This document shows, in pieces, positions 1-8,153 of a stretch of 64,000 nucleotides of DNA. Position 1 is the first letter of the stretch. Every line of letters starts with the position of its first letter. Both the position numbers and the translations under genes were made by a program. Source of the DNA: Gammaproteobacteria bacterium (GTDB lineage Bacteria > Pseudomonadota > Gammaproteobacteria > JBCCGL01); NCBI GenBank assembly GCA_965277715.1, contig OZ255836.1, positions 1,696,001 to 1,760,000 of the forward strand, given 5' to 3'. The notes beneath the pieces are model-generated. The model had not been told where the DNA came from. It worked only from the letters and a program-made list of their open reading frames with translations, and did no database searches.

Positions 1-15
1 GTTAACAGGCTCCCC

Positions 16-663
16 ATGACACCAGAAATTGATTTACGCGATACGCGCCGCGACTACCAAAGTACAGGTATTCGCCGCGCCGATATGCACAGCGACCCCG
101 TACAACAGTTCGCCACCTGGTTACAGGATGCCGTCGATGCCAACGCTATCGACGCCACATCAATGACCCTGGCCACCGCCAGTAAAGCGGCGATTCCCAG
201 CGCCCGCATTGTATTACTCAAACACTTCGATAGACACGGTTTCTGCTGGTACACTGATTCGCGCAGCCAAAAAGGCCAACAACTGGCCGAGAACCCCAAC
301 GCAGCGCTGGTGTTTCACTGGCGCGACCTCAACCGGCAAGTGCGCATTGTTGGCACAGTGGAAAAACTCGGCACAGAAGATGCTGACAATTATTATTACA
401 GCCGCCCCCAAGGCAGCCGTTTTAGCGCAGCAGCATCACATCAGACATCGACAATCGACAACCGCGAGCAGCTCGAACAATGCGTCGAATCACTGCACAC
501 GCAATACCCCGATGGTGACGTACCGAGACCTGGTGCCTGGATTGGGTACCGGCTGATACCGGATGAATTTGAGTTTTGGCAGGGTAAATCCAACCGCCTG
601 CACGACCGGATTATTTACCAACCCACTAAACAGGGGTGGATGTTATTGCGACGCTCGCCTTAA
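16..663 (+). CDS. pdxH: Pyridoxine/pyridoxamine 5'-phosphate oxidase
   Basis: Motifs PSARIVLLK, SQKGQQLAENP, RQVRIVG, SRP, EFWQGKSNRLHDR; 215 aa. Confidence 0.97.
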   Translation: MTPEIDLRDTRRDYQSTGIRRADMHSDPVQQFATWLQDAVDANAIDATSMTLATASKAAIPSARIVLLKHFDRHGFCWYTDSRSQKGQQLAENPNAALVFHWRDLNRQVRIVGTVEKLGTEDADNYYYSRPQGSRFSAAASHQTSTIDNREQLEQCVESLHTQYPDGDVPRPGAWIGYRLIPDEFEFWQGKSNRLHDRIIYQPTKQGWMLLRRSP

Positions 664-677
664 AGGGTAACTGTAGA

Positions 678-872
678 ATGAAAAACACCCCCGACTACTA
701 CCTGGACTTAATCGACCAGATTGAAAGCATCCGTGGCCGTAACAACAAAAACTGGATGGATTTACTGCGCCTGGCATTCCGCCACGCCCCCCAGGAAGCC
801 GCGCAAATCGTCAGCGAAATCTACCGCTACGACCAGGACATCTCCGAATTGACAAAAAAACTAACCCAGTGA
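678..872 (+). CDS. Small hypothetical protein (64 aa), probably helical
   Basis: ATG at 678, 14 bp after the pdxH stop; protein-like sequence MKNTPDYYLDLIDQIESIRGRNNKNWMDLLRLAF...; fills the gap up to the pseI stop. Confidence 0.75.
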   Translation: MKNTPDYYLDLIDQIESIRGRNNKNWMDLLRLAFRHAPQEAAQIVSEIYRYDQDISELTKKLTQ

Positions 873-884
873 AAAATTCACCCT

Positions 885-1943
885 TCACCAAACCACATGC
901 TGCATCTGCAAAGCCGTGCCACGCAGCAGATCCTGCGTACAACACTTACCCATCAACTGTGCATAATATTTAGGCGGCAAACCACCTGCCGGGCGTATGC
1001 TACGAACGTGCCGCCTATCAAAGCACTCTCCCTTGCGGATATCTTCAACCACGTAAAGTGACCGACGAAACCGTGCACCAGCCGCTTCACCCCGGTTATC
1101 GATGCACCCGTTGCCCAACGCAGACCACGACTGGCGCAGCTGCTCGCAGTAAACCGCCAGCTCTGCCGGTTCGATTGAAAAATCACTGTCCAGCCCGGGT
1201 GATGCACGATCCAGCGTCACATGTTTTTCCACCATACAGGCACCCAGCGCGACAGCGGCAATCGCAACCGTATTGCCCAACGTGTGATCTGACAACCCCG
1301 AACAAACTGCATAGCGGGCAGCATAAGCGGGGATAGCGCGTAAATTAGCCTGTGCCACTGGCGCGGGATAACAGCTCGTGCACTGCAACAATACAATATC
1401 CTTACAACCCTGTAAGCGCGCCGCGTGCAGTGCATCGACAATTTCTGTGTGACCGGCAACCCCTGTCGACATGATGATCGGCTTGCCGGTTTTTGCCACA
1501 TAGCTAATCAGGGGAATATCCGTCATCTCAAACGATGCAATTTTATAGGCTGGCGCACCGAGGCTCTCCAACAAATCGACAGCCTGTTCGTCGAAAGGCG
1601 AGCTAAACAACGTCAGGCCGATAGCACGTGCATGGTCAAATAACGCTTTATGCCACGCATAGGGCGTGCTGCCATGTTGGTAAAGTTGGTACAGCGTGTT
1701 GCCCGCCCATAGGCCATCATCAATCTTAAACGCCTGATCATCACTCTCAATAGTCATGCTATCGGCGGTGTAGGTTTGCAGCTTCATCGCATCTGCGCCA
1801 GCCTTTTTGACCGCATCGAGGGTGTCCAGTGCCCGCTGTAAACTGCCGTTGTGGTTTGCCGAAAGCTCAGCGACCACATACGGCGGACAATGGGTGCCAA
1901 TGACCCTGCCATCGATGGCCAGGGTATGGCTCAGGCGGCGCAT
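885..1943 (-). CDS. pseI: Pseudaminic acid synthase (NeuB family with C-terminal SAF domain)
   Basis: AELSANHNG, KLQTYTAD, YKIASFE, GLSDHT, EKHVTLDR, FRRSLYVV...RSIRPAGGL; clustered with pseF and pseC. Confidence 0.9.
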   Translation of the reverse strand: MRRLSHTLAIDGRVIGTHCPPYVVAELSANHNGSLQRALDTLDAVKKAGADAMKLQTYTADSMTIESDDQAFKIDDGLWAGNTLYQLYQHGSTPYAWHKALFDHARAIGLTLFSSPFDEQAVDLLESLGAPAYKIASFEMTDIPLISYVAKTGKPIIMSTGVAGHTEIVDALHAARLQGCKDIVLLQCTSCYPAPVAQANLRAIPAYAARYAVCSGLSDHTLGNTVAIAAVALGACMVEKHVTLDRASPGLDSDFSIEPAELAVYCEQLRQSWSALGNGCIDNRGEAAGARFRRSLYVVEDIRKGECFDRRHVRSIRPAGGLPPKYYAQLMGKCCTQDLLRGTALQMQHVVW

Positions 1944-2659
1944 GCCGTTCGCTTAATGTTATCGTTTTGCAGGCTGCGATACATATTCTCTGCACACTGC
2001 CAGTCTTCCGGGGTATCAATATCATGCACCCGGTGACGGGGGAGTATCACCGGTATACTGTGCGCTGAAAATATCTCCACTCGGTGTAAAAATGCCGTGT
2101 ATTTACCAAAATAAAACTGGCCGGCATCGTGATAAGTGGCTGGTAAATCCTGCGTGCGTGTGTACCGGTGTTGTGGCCATAAACACGCGATCTGATTGTG
2201 CGCATCAATGCGCAATGCACGCTGTACAGGTGATGCGTAAGAGGTGATTGAAAAGGCAAAATCTTTATCGCTGGCAGTTAGCTGATGATACGCTGTAATT
2301 AAATCACCCGCCTGTAAGAAAGGCGCCGTTGCGTAAATACAGCAAACATAAGTCATCGATTGTTTCTGACGCTTAAAATAATCAATGGCATCGTTAATCA
2401 CATCCACCGTACCACAATGATCATCGGCGAGATGTGCTGCACGTATAAACGGGGTTTGCGCGCCATATTGTCTGGCAATACAGGCAATCTCCGCATCGTC
2501 GGTCGAGACGATAACACGGTCAAATAAACCACAAGCCAGAGCTGTTTCAATTGAATAGGCAATGATGGGTTTACCGGCAAACGGCTTTATGTTTTTTCCG
2601 GGAATGCGTTTGCTGCCACCGCGTGCCGGTATAACGGCTATACATTGTCTGTTGTGCAT
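1931..2659 (-). CDS. pseF: Pseudaminic acid cytidylyltransferase (NeuA/PseF family)
   Basis: IPARGGSKRIPGKNIK, CCIYATAPF, YHDAGQFY, DIDTPEDW. Confidence 0.92.
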   Translation of the reverse strand: MHNRQCIAVIPARGGSKRIPGKNIKPFAGKPIIAYSIETALACGLFDRVIVSTDDAEIACIARQYGAQTPFIRAAHLADDHCGTVDVINDAIDYFKRQKQSMTYVCCIYATAPFLQAGDLITAYHQLTASDKDFAFSITSYASPVQRALRIDAHNQIACLWPQHRYTRTQDLPATYHDAGQFYFGKYTAFLHRVEIFSAHSIPVILPRHRVHDIDTPEDWQCAENMYRSLQNDNIKRTACAA

Positions 2660-2670
2660 ACCGGCAGACT

Positions 2671-3840
2671 CTAGGCGACCGCTAACGCCGGTTTTTCATA
2701 CACGACATTCTCTCTCAGGGCAGTGACAACATAAGCCACCTGCTCGGGTGTCATCGCCGGGTACAGTGGTAGTGTAATCGCCGTATCAAAATGCCGTTCG
2801 GCACAGGGAAAATCACCTTGTGAAAAACCGCGCTGCCGATACCAGCTATGCCGGTGAATAGGCACATAATGCACATTCACTGCAACCCCTGCCCGCCCCA
2901 ACGCCTGACATAAAGCGTCACGCCCCACAGCGTCCACAACACGCACAACAAATAAATGCCAGGCACTTTCCACACCATCGATAAGTGGCGGCAAGTGTAA
3001 GGGTAAGTGTGATAATTCACGTAAATAACGCGTGGCAATAGTGCGCCGCTGCGCAATAAAATAATCGAGCTTTTTAATTTGGCTAATACCCAGCGCAGCG
3101 TGTAACTCACTCATACGCGCATTAATACCCGGTAACGGCATATCACAATACCAGGGCATATCGTGTGCATTTTTACTCACGCCGCCGTTAGCCAGCAGGC
3201 GAACCCTCTCAATCAATGCCTCATCATTGCTCAGCACCATGCCACCTTCACCCGTAGTAATCGATTTTACCGGGTGAAAACTAAACACCACCGCATCAGA
3301 CCAACGGCAACTCCCTACTTTCTCCCCCTGATAAGTGCCACCCAGCGCATGGCAGGCATCTTCAATCACACGAAAACCAAAGCGCTGTGCCAATTGGCCA
3401 AGCACCTGCATATCACAACTCTGACCGGCAAAATGTACCGGCACAACAATATCCGGCAAACGCCCCTGACATTCGGCCTGCAATAGCTTCTCGTGCAAAC
3501 GCACGACATCCATATTGCCCGTGGCACAATCAATATCGACAAAATCCACATCGGCACCGCAATAATGCGCACAGTTTGCCGATGCAACATAACTGTTCGG
3601 TGAAGTCCAGAGTAAGCCACCGGCACGCAGACCCATCGCCCGTGCACACAAATACAACGCCATTGTGCCGTTGCACAACGCAACTGCGGCGCGGGCACGA
3701 CAGTATTCACTCAGCTGGTGTTCAAACACTGTTGCCAAACTACCCTGGGTAATGCGCTCGGCACGCAACGCCGTCACGACTGCATCAATATCGTCTTCGT
3801 CGAGGGTTTGTCGGCCATAGGAAATCACCCTACAAACCAT
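2671..3840 (-). CDS. pseC: UDP-4-amino-4,6-dideoxy-N-acetyl-altrosamine transaminase (DegT family), divergent
   Basis: SYGRQTLDEDDI, PVHFAGQSCDM, IEDACHALG, PLP lysine in SFHPVKSITTGEGG, VNVHYVPIH, LPLYP. Confidence 0.88.
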   Translation of the reverse strand: MVCRVISYGRQTLDEDDIDAVVTALRAERITQGSLATVFEHQLSEYCRARAAVALCNGTMALYLCARAMGLRAGGLLWTSPNSYVASANCAHYCGADVDFVDIDCATGNMDVVRLHEKLLQAECQGRLPDIVVPVHFAGQSCDMQVLGQLAQRFGFRVIEDACHALGGTYQGEKVGSCRWSDAVVFSFHPVKSITTGEGGMVLSNDEALIERVRLLANGGVSKNAHDMPWYCDMPLPGINARMSELHAALGISQIKKLDYFIAQRRTIATRYLRELSHLPLHLPPLIDGVESAWHLFVVRVVDAVGRDALCQALGRAGVAVNVHYVPIHRHSWYRQRGFSQGDFPCAERHFDTAITLPLYPAMTPEQVAYVVTALRENVVYEKPALAVA

Positions 3841-3919
3841 CGTTTAGTGCTGAAAGAACGACCACCCATTGGTACAAACGTCATTAATGCCGACACGCTA
3901 TCAACCACGATTTTCAGGA

Positions 3920-4216
3920 TCACGCGCAAGCGCCAATAGGCTCAATCGCCTGGCGGTTCATGCGCCGTAGATCGGTCACGTTGAGGAAGTGCTGATTACT
4001 ACCCGATTGATACTCAAAATCGGCATCGCGCACATCACCAATAAAATAGCGCATTTGCGGTTGACCGAAACGCTGCTGCATTTCGTATTGCTTCAACTCA
4101 TCGCATGAGAAAATCACCAGGCGCCTGGGTTGATAACGGCTTAATATCCACTGCACACAAACATTACCGAAAGAGCCCGTACTAGCGGTAATCAAAATGG
4201 ATTTATTGTCGAACAT
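3920..4216 (-). pseudogene. pseB: pseB (UDP-GlcNAc 4,6-dehydratase) remnant with a large in-frame internal deletion
   Basis: N-terminus MFDNKSILITASTGSFG...FSCDELKQYEMQQRF...MRYFIGDVRD joined directly to a C-terminus-like DFEYQSGSNQHFL; 98 aa versus about 330 aa for the family. Confidence 0.85.
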
Positions 4217-4591
4217 ACCCACCCAAATGTGACAAGCCAAAAAAATGGCTCTGTGGGTTGCTATACAAATTTAGCGCCAAGATGTGGTAGGGGGTTGGGC
4301 GGTTAAGAGGTACTTGTAATTATACTGGCGCTTATCCTTCCAGATTCACTGCATCAAGCGCTCTATAATCACTGGGTTCAACCTAAATTCCTCAGAAGAC
4401 TCTAATGGAGAAGGGTTTTGTGACTAATACCGAAATATACAATACGGAATGAAAACCTTAGCAAATAATAGCAATTGCACTACAAAAGAAAAAAGGGACG
4501 ATCAAATCTGATACTCTTCCACACCTTCACCTGCCAGAAAAGCACTGGAATTGTACAATATCAACCATTTTTTAACAGCGAGTCAGTTCAA

Positions 4592-4678
4592 GTGCGTGAA
4601 CTGACAACCGATGACTTCAAACATTTCAGGCCCGCATCAGAGGTAGCGCCCGGTGTTGTAGCGCACTACCAGCGCTCG
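4592..4678 (+). pseudogene. Possible fragment of a BrnA-type antitoxin gene
   Basis: VRELTTDDFKHFRPASEVAP resembles the N-terminal part of BrnA/DUF4415 antitoxins as I recall them; no C-terminal DNA-binding part follows. Confidence 0.4.
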
Positions 4679-4691
4679 CTTGACCCCGCCT

Positions 4692-5987
4692 CTAAACCAA
4701 GCCCTCAAACAACTGCACCTCAACAACATCCCCAGGTTCCACCCGCGCCAGTGTCGGCGGCAACACAATCATGCAATTGGCGGCGCACATCGAACTCAGC
4801 CGCCCTGCCCCTTGTTTGCCTGTCGTTCGCACAGTCGGCACACCGTCGATGGTTTCCAAAATACCCCGCTGATACTCAACCCGGCCAGGAGATTTCCGCA
4901 GTGTCGAAGTACAAGGGACACACAGCCTGGGTGTGAATACTTCGGTGCAGCCCATTAACTGTCGAATAGCGGGCTGCACAAACTCATAAAATGCCACCAT
5001 CACCGCTACCGGATTGCCCGGCAGGCCAAAAAACAACGCATTACCCACTCGCCCACAGGCCAACGGCCGCCCCGGTCGCATCGCCAGTTTCCAAAATGAC
5101 ACATCACCCAACGCATTCAGGGTTTCGGTAACAAAGTCTTTGGCACCCGCCGAAACACCACCGGAAGTGAGTACCAAATCCGCCTGCGCAGAGGCATCGA
5201 GAAACGCCTGGCGCGTCGATGCACGATCATCGCGCACGACACCTAAGTCGATAATATCCACGCCCAGGCGTGACAACATACCGAACAGGGTATAGCGGTT
5301 GCTATCAAATAACTCGCCAGGGTTGAGCCTGGCACCCGCGTGTTCATCGAGTGAGCGCAGTTCATCGCCCGTTGTGAAATAAGCGACGGTAGGTTTGCGA
5401 AAAACCGGTATCTGGTCGATACCCAGCGATGCCAACAGACCGAGCTGTGCCGGTCGCACCAATGTACCTTTTGGCAACACCATTTCCCCACTAGCCACAT
5501 CTTCACCCGCTTGCCGTACGTTGCGCCCAGGCTGCACGTGCGCATCAATCATAATATGTTCACCGTGCACTTCAACATGCTCCTGAATGACCACAGTGTC
5601 TGTCCCTTCAGGCATCATGGCACCCGTCATAATACGCACACACTGCCCGCGCTCAAGCGGTGCATTCCCGGATTGTCCGACCTGAGACTCCCCGCTCCAG
5701 GGTTGTCCGGCCCAGGCCGTACCTACTACCTGCAAGGCCCTTTCCCCCTGAGCGGGTATGTCATCACGGTTAATGGCGTAGCCATCCATCGCGGAATTGA
5801 TATAAGCAGGCACATCGATTGGCGAAACAATCGCCTCACCCAGCACACGATCCAACGCCTGGCGAATAGCCACATATTGCACCGCCTCAACCGGCTTAAC
5901 CAGGTTGCGCAACCGCTGCAAGGCCGTCTCTACCGGCAATAAGCCCGTTTCATTTTCATCATCACAGGAAGCTTGTTTGTTGATCAT
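4692..5987 (-). CDS. moeA: Molybdopterin molybdotransferase MoeA
   Basis: SAMDGYA, RIMTGA, TGDEL, DSNRYTL, TSGGVSAG, MRPGRP, GLPGNPV. Confidence 0.96.
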   Translation of the reverse strand: MINKQASCDDENETGLLPVETALQRLRNLVKPVEAVQYVAIRQALDRVLGEAIVSPIDVPAYINSAMDGYAINRDDIPAQGERALQVVGTAWAGQPWSGESQVGQSGNAPLERGQCVRIMTGAMMPEGTDTVVIQEHVEVHGEHIMIDAHVQPGRNVRQAGEDVASGEMVLPKGTLVRPAQLGLLASLGIDQIPVFRKPTVAYFTTGDELRSLDEHAGARLNPGELFDSNRYTLFGMLSRLGVDIIDLGVVRDDRASTRQAFLDASAQADLVLTSGGVSAGAKDFVTETLNALGDVSFWKLAMRPGRPLACGRVGNALFFGLPGNPVAVMVAFYEFVQPAIRQLMGCTEVFTPRLCVPCTSTLRKSPGRVEYQRGILETIDGVPTVRTTGKQGAGRLSSMCAANCMIVLPPTLARVEPGDVVEVQLFEGLV

Positions 5988-6024
5988 TATGTTGTTCTGT
6001 CAATTGCTGTGTGGCCGAACGCTC

Positions 6025-6093
6025 CTAGGAGTCTGCCGGATTTAGGCGCTCGTAGCGAGGGAAAGACCAATGTGAGTCATTTTTGTGCACTGT
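6025..6093. mobile_element. Truncated MITE-like element (left end only), homologous to the element at 49226-49386
   Basis: aggagtctgccggatttaggcgctcgtagcgagggaaagacc...gagtcatttttgtgcac aligns with agaagtccgccgggtttaggcgcccgtagcggggaaaacc...gagccatttcttgcgcac; begins at CTAG. Confidence 0.7.
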
Positions 6094-6106
6094 TACCGAC
6101 ATCGCG

Positions 6107-6760
6107 CTAAGAATATTGCATAGCCAGACGTTTTTCTGCACTGGCACACTCTTGTGGAGTATTGATATTGATAAACGTATCGAGGCTGTCTGAAAAATCC
6201 ACTTCAATTAGCTTCTGCTGCCGATACCAAAACATAATTTTGCGCTCACCGTCAGCGAGAAACTTCACCAGCCCAGGCAACAAAGCACAACGGATAAGCG
6301 CAAATACAGGCTGCGGTCGCTCCCCATCGTGCGCCACAGCAATATCGGCATCCGCCGCAATGAGCGGTGCGCGCAGGCGTTCCACAATATCACCACACAA
6401 AAAAGGGGAATCACACGGGCAGATGAACAACAGTTCGCTATCCACTGCACGCATCGCCGCCGCTATACCGGCCAGTGGCCCCAGAAAATCAGTAACGGGT
6501 GAGTCGCCAAGGCTGTCAGTAACTGTTTGCACACCCAGCGCCGCATAATCTGATTGACTCCGGTTAGCACTGACCACCATACAGTCGACCTGTGTTTTCA
6601 ACGCATCGAGCACATAGCTAACCAGAGGTTTTCCATTCAGCGCGACCAGGCCTTTATCGACACCGTGCATACGTGTGGCCTGACCGCCCGCAAGTACCAC
6701 AGCAGCCGTGGTGAAGCTTTTAGCTACTGCACTGTGTTTACCTGTACCGTGGTTACTCAT
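6107..6760 (-). CDS. mobA: Molybdenum cofactor guanylyltransferase
   Basis: LAGGQATRMHGVDKGL, GPLAGI, PCDSPF, FININTP. Confidence 0.95.
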   Translation of the reverse strand: MSNHGTGKHSAVAKSFTTAAVVLAGGQATRMHGVDKGLVALNGKPLVSYVLDALKTQVDCMVVSANRSQSDYAALGVQTVTDSLGDSPVTDFLGPLAGIAAAMRAVDSELLFICPCDSPFLCGDIVERLRAPLIAADADIAVAHDGERPQPVFALIRCALLPGLVKFLADGERKIMFWYRQQKLIEVDFSDSLDTFININTPQECASAEKRLAMQYS

Positions 6761-7416
6761 ACTGTCGTGCTCATCTCAATCAATCGCCCCTTTTCCAGAG
6801 ACAAAAACATATCGGCAAAATCGGTATTGGCCATCACTTCATGGCTGCTGATCATAATACTCATGCCCTCGTTGCGCATTTCGCCGATTAACAGCAATGC
6901 CTGTTGGCGCGATGCGGCATCCATTCCCACCGTTGGTTCATCCAATAACATAACGGCGGGTTTCAGCACATATGCCCGTGCCAGTGCAACACGCTGGCGC
7001 TCACCACCGGATAATTGTCTGGCGTTACGCGATGACAAATGAGTCAGCTCCCCCCAGTGCAGTGCAGTATCGACGTGTTGGCAAATGTCGTGTGGTGTCA
7101 TATGCCGACGTCGCAAGCCGTAGGCGATATTGTCATAAACGCTGCGATCAAATAAATACGGTTGCTGATGCAGGTAGAGGATATGTTTACGCAATGACAC
7201 TGCTTCCAGCGCCGTCCCTTTGTAAGTAACCGACAGTGTATCAGCGGGCACCAGGCCAGACAGAATTTTCATCAGTGTGGATTTGCCCACCCCATTGTCA
7301 CCACGCAACAAAATACACTGGGCTGGCGCCAACACCAGATCATCGATTGCCAGTAGATCGCGCCCGGCAATACGTTTGTATAACTGCGAAAAATGAAACA
7401 GCGGCGGCCCGCTCAA
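6757..7416 (-). CDS. tupC: Tungstate/molybdate ABC transporter ATP-binding subunit
   Basis: Walker A GDNGVGKST, signature LSGGERQR, Walker B LLDEPT; probable TTG start overlapping the tupB stop (TTGA). Confidence 0.8.
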   Translation of the reverse strand: MSGPPLFHFSQLYKRIAGRDLLAIDDLVLAPAQCILLRGDNGVGKSTLMKILSGLVPADTLSVTYKGTALEAVSLRKHILYLHQQPYLFDRSVYDNIAYGLRRRHMTPHDICQHVDTALHWGELTHLSSRNARQLSGGERQRVALARAYVLKPAVMLLDEPTVGMDAASRQQALLLIGEMRNEGMSIMISSHEVMANTDFADMFLSLEKGRLIEMSTTV

Positions 7417-8114
7417 AGTGCTTCTCCCCGGCCACGAAAAAACACCACGGTGAAGTTCAGTACCATCGCCAACACCACCAGCACAATACCCAACGCAATC
7501 CCCTGATCGAATGTACCTTTGCTGGTTTCCAGGGCAATCGCAGTGGGGATGTTGCGCGTATAGTGCAAGATGTTGCCGCCGACCATCATCGCACACCCCA
7601 CTTCGGCAACTACCCGGCCAAAGCTTGCGACCAGCGCCGCCGCCAGACCAAAGCGCACTTCGTACATCACCGTAAACACTGCCCGCAACGGCGTCGCCCC
7701 CAAGGTAATGGCTGTTTCCCAGGCGCGCCGGTCACCGGCTTGAAATGCGGTGTGCGACATGGCCACCAAAATGGGAAAACACAATAACATTTGCCCCATA
7801 ATCATTGCTGTTTGGGTGAATAGCAGTTTCCAGTCACCAAACGGGCCGATACGCGAAAGCATCAGATAGAGAATAAGGCCAACAACAACAGCGGGCAGCG
7901 CCCACAGGGTGTTAATCAGGGAAATAACAATTTGGCGGCCAGTGAAGTCTCTGTACGCCAGCAAAAAGCCCAGGGCAACGGCCAGCGGTGTTGTGTACAG
8001 CACCGCCTGTAGGGATACACTGAAGGAAATACCGACAATTTCCCATAAATCCCGATCAAACGTGACGAGTAGGTAGAGTGCATCCAGCGTGGTCTGCCAC
8101 AAACTGAGTTGCAT
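7413..8114 (-). CDS. tupB: Tungstate ABC transporter permease
   Basis: ALPAVVVGLILY, GPFG..LLFT..AM, FGRVVAEVGCAMMVGGNI...TRNIPTAIALETSKG. Confidence 0.88.
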   Translation of the reverse strand: MQLSLWQTTLDALYLLVTFDRDLWEIVGISFSVSLQAVLYTTPLAVALGFLLAYRDFTGRQIVISLINTLWALPAVVVGLILYLMLSRIGPFGDWKLLFTQTAMIMGQMLLCFPILVAMSHTAFQAGDRRAWETAITLGATPLRAVFTVMYEVRFGLAAALVASFGRVVAEVGCAMMVGGNILHYTRNIPTAIALETSKGTFDQGIALGIVLVVLAMVLNFTVVFFRGRGEAL

Positions 8115-8153
8115 AGTAGCCAGTACCGTCTATCTTATCAGTGCGTCTTAAAA

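Noticed and set aside
4475-4936. 153-aa ORF as an intact gene
   Set aside because: More than half overlaps moeA antisense; only the segment at 4592-4678 looks protein-like
7417-7596. N-terminal extension of the ABC ATPase in the ORF track
   Set aside because: Overlaps tupB out of frame; the TTG at 7416 gives a typical coupled start
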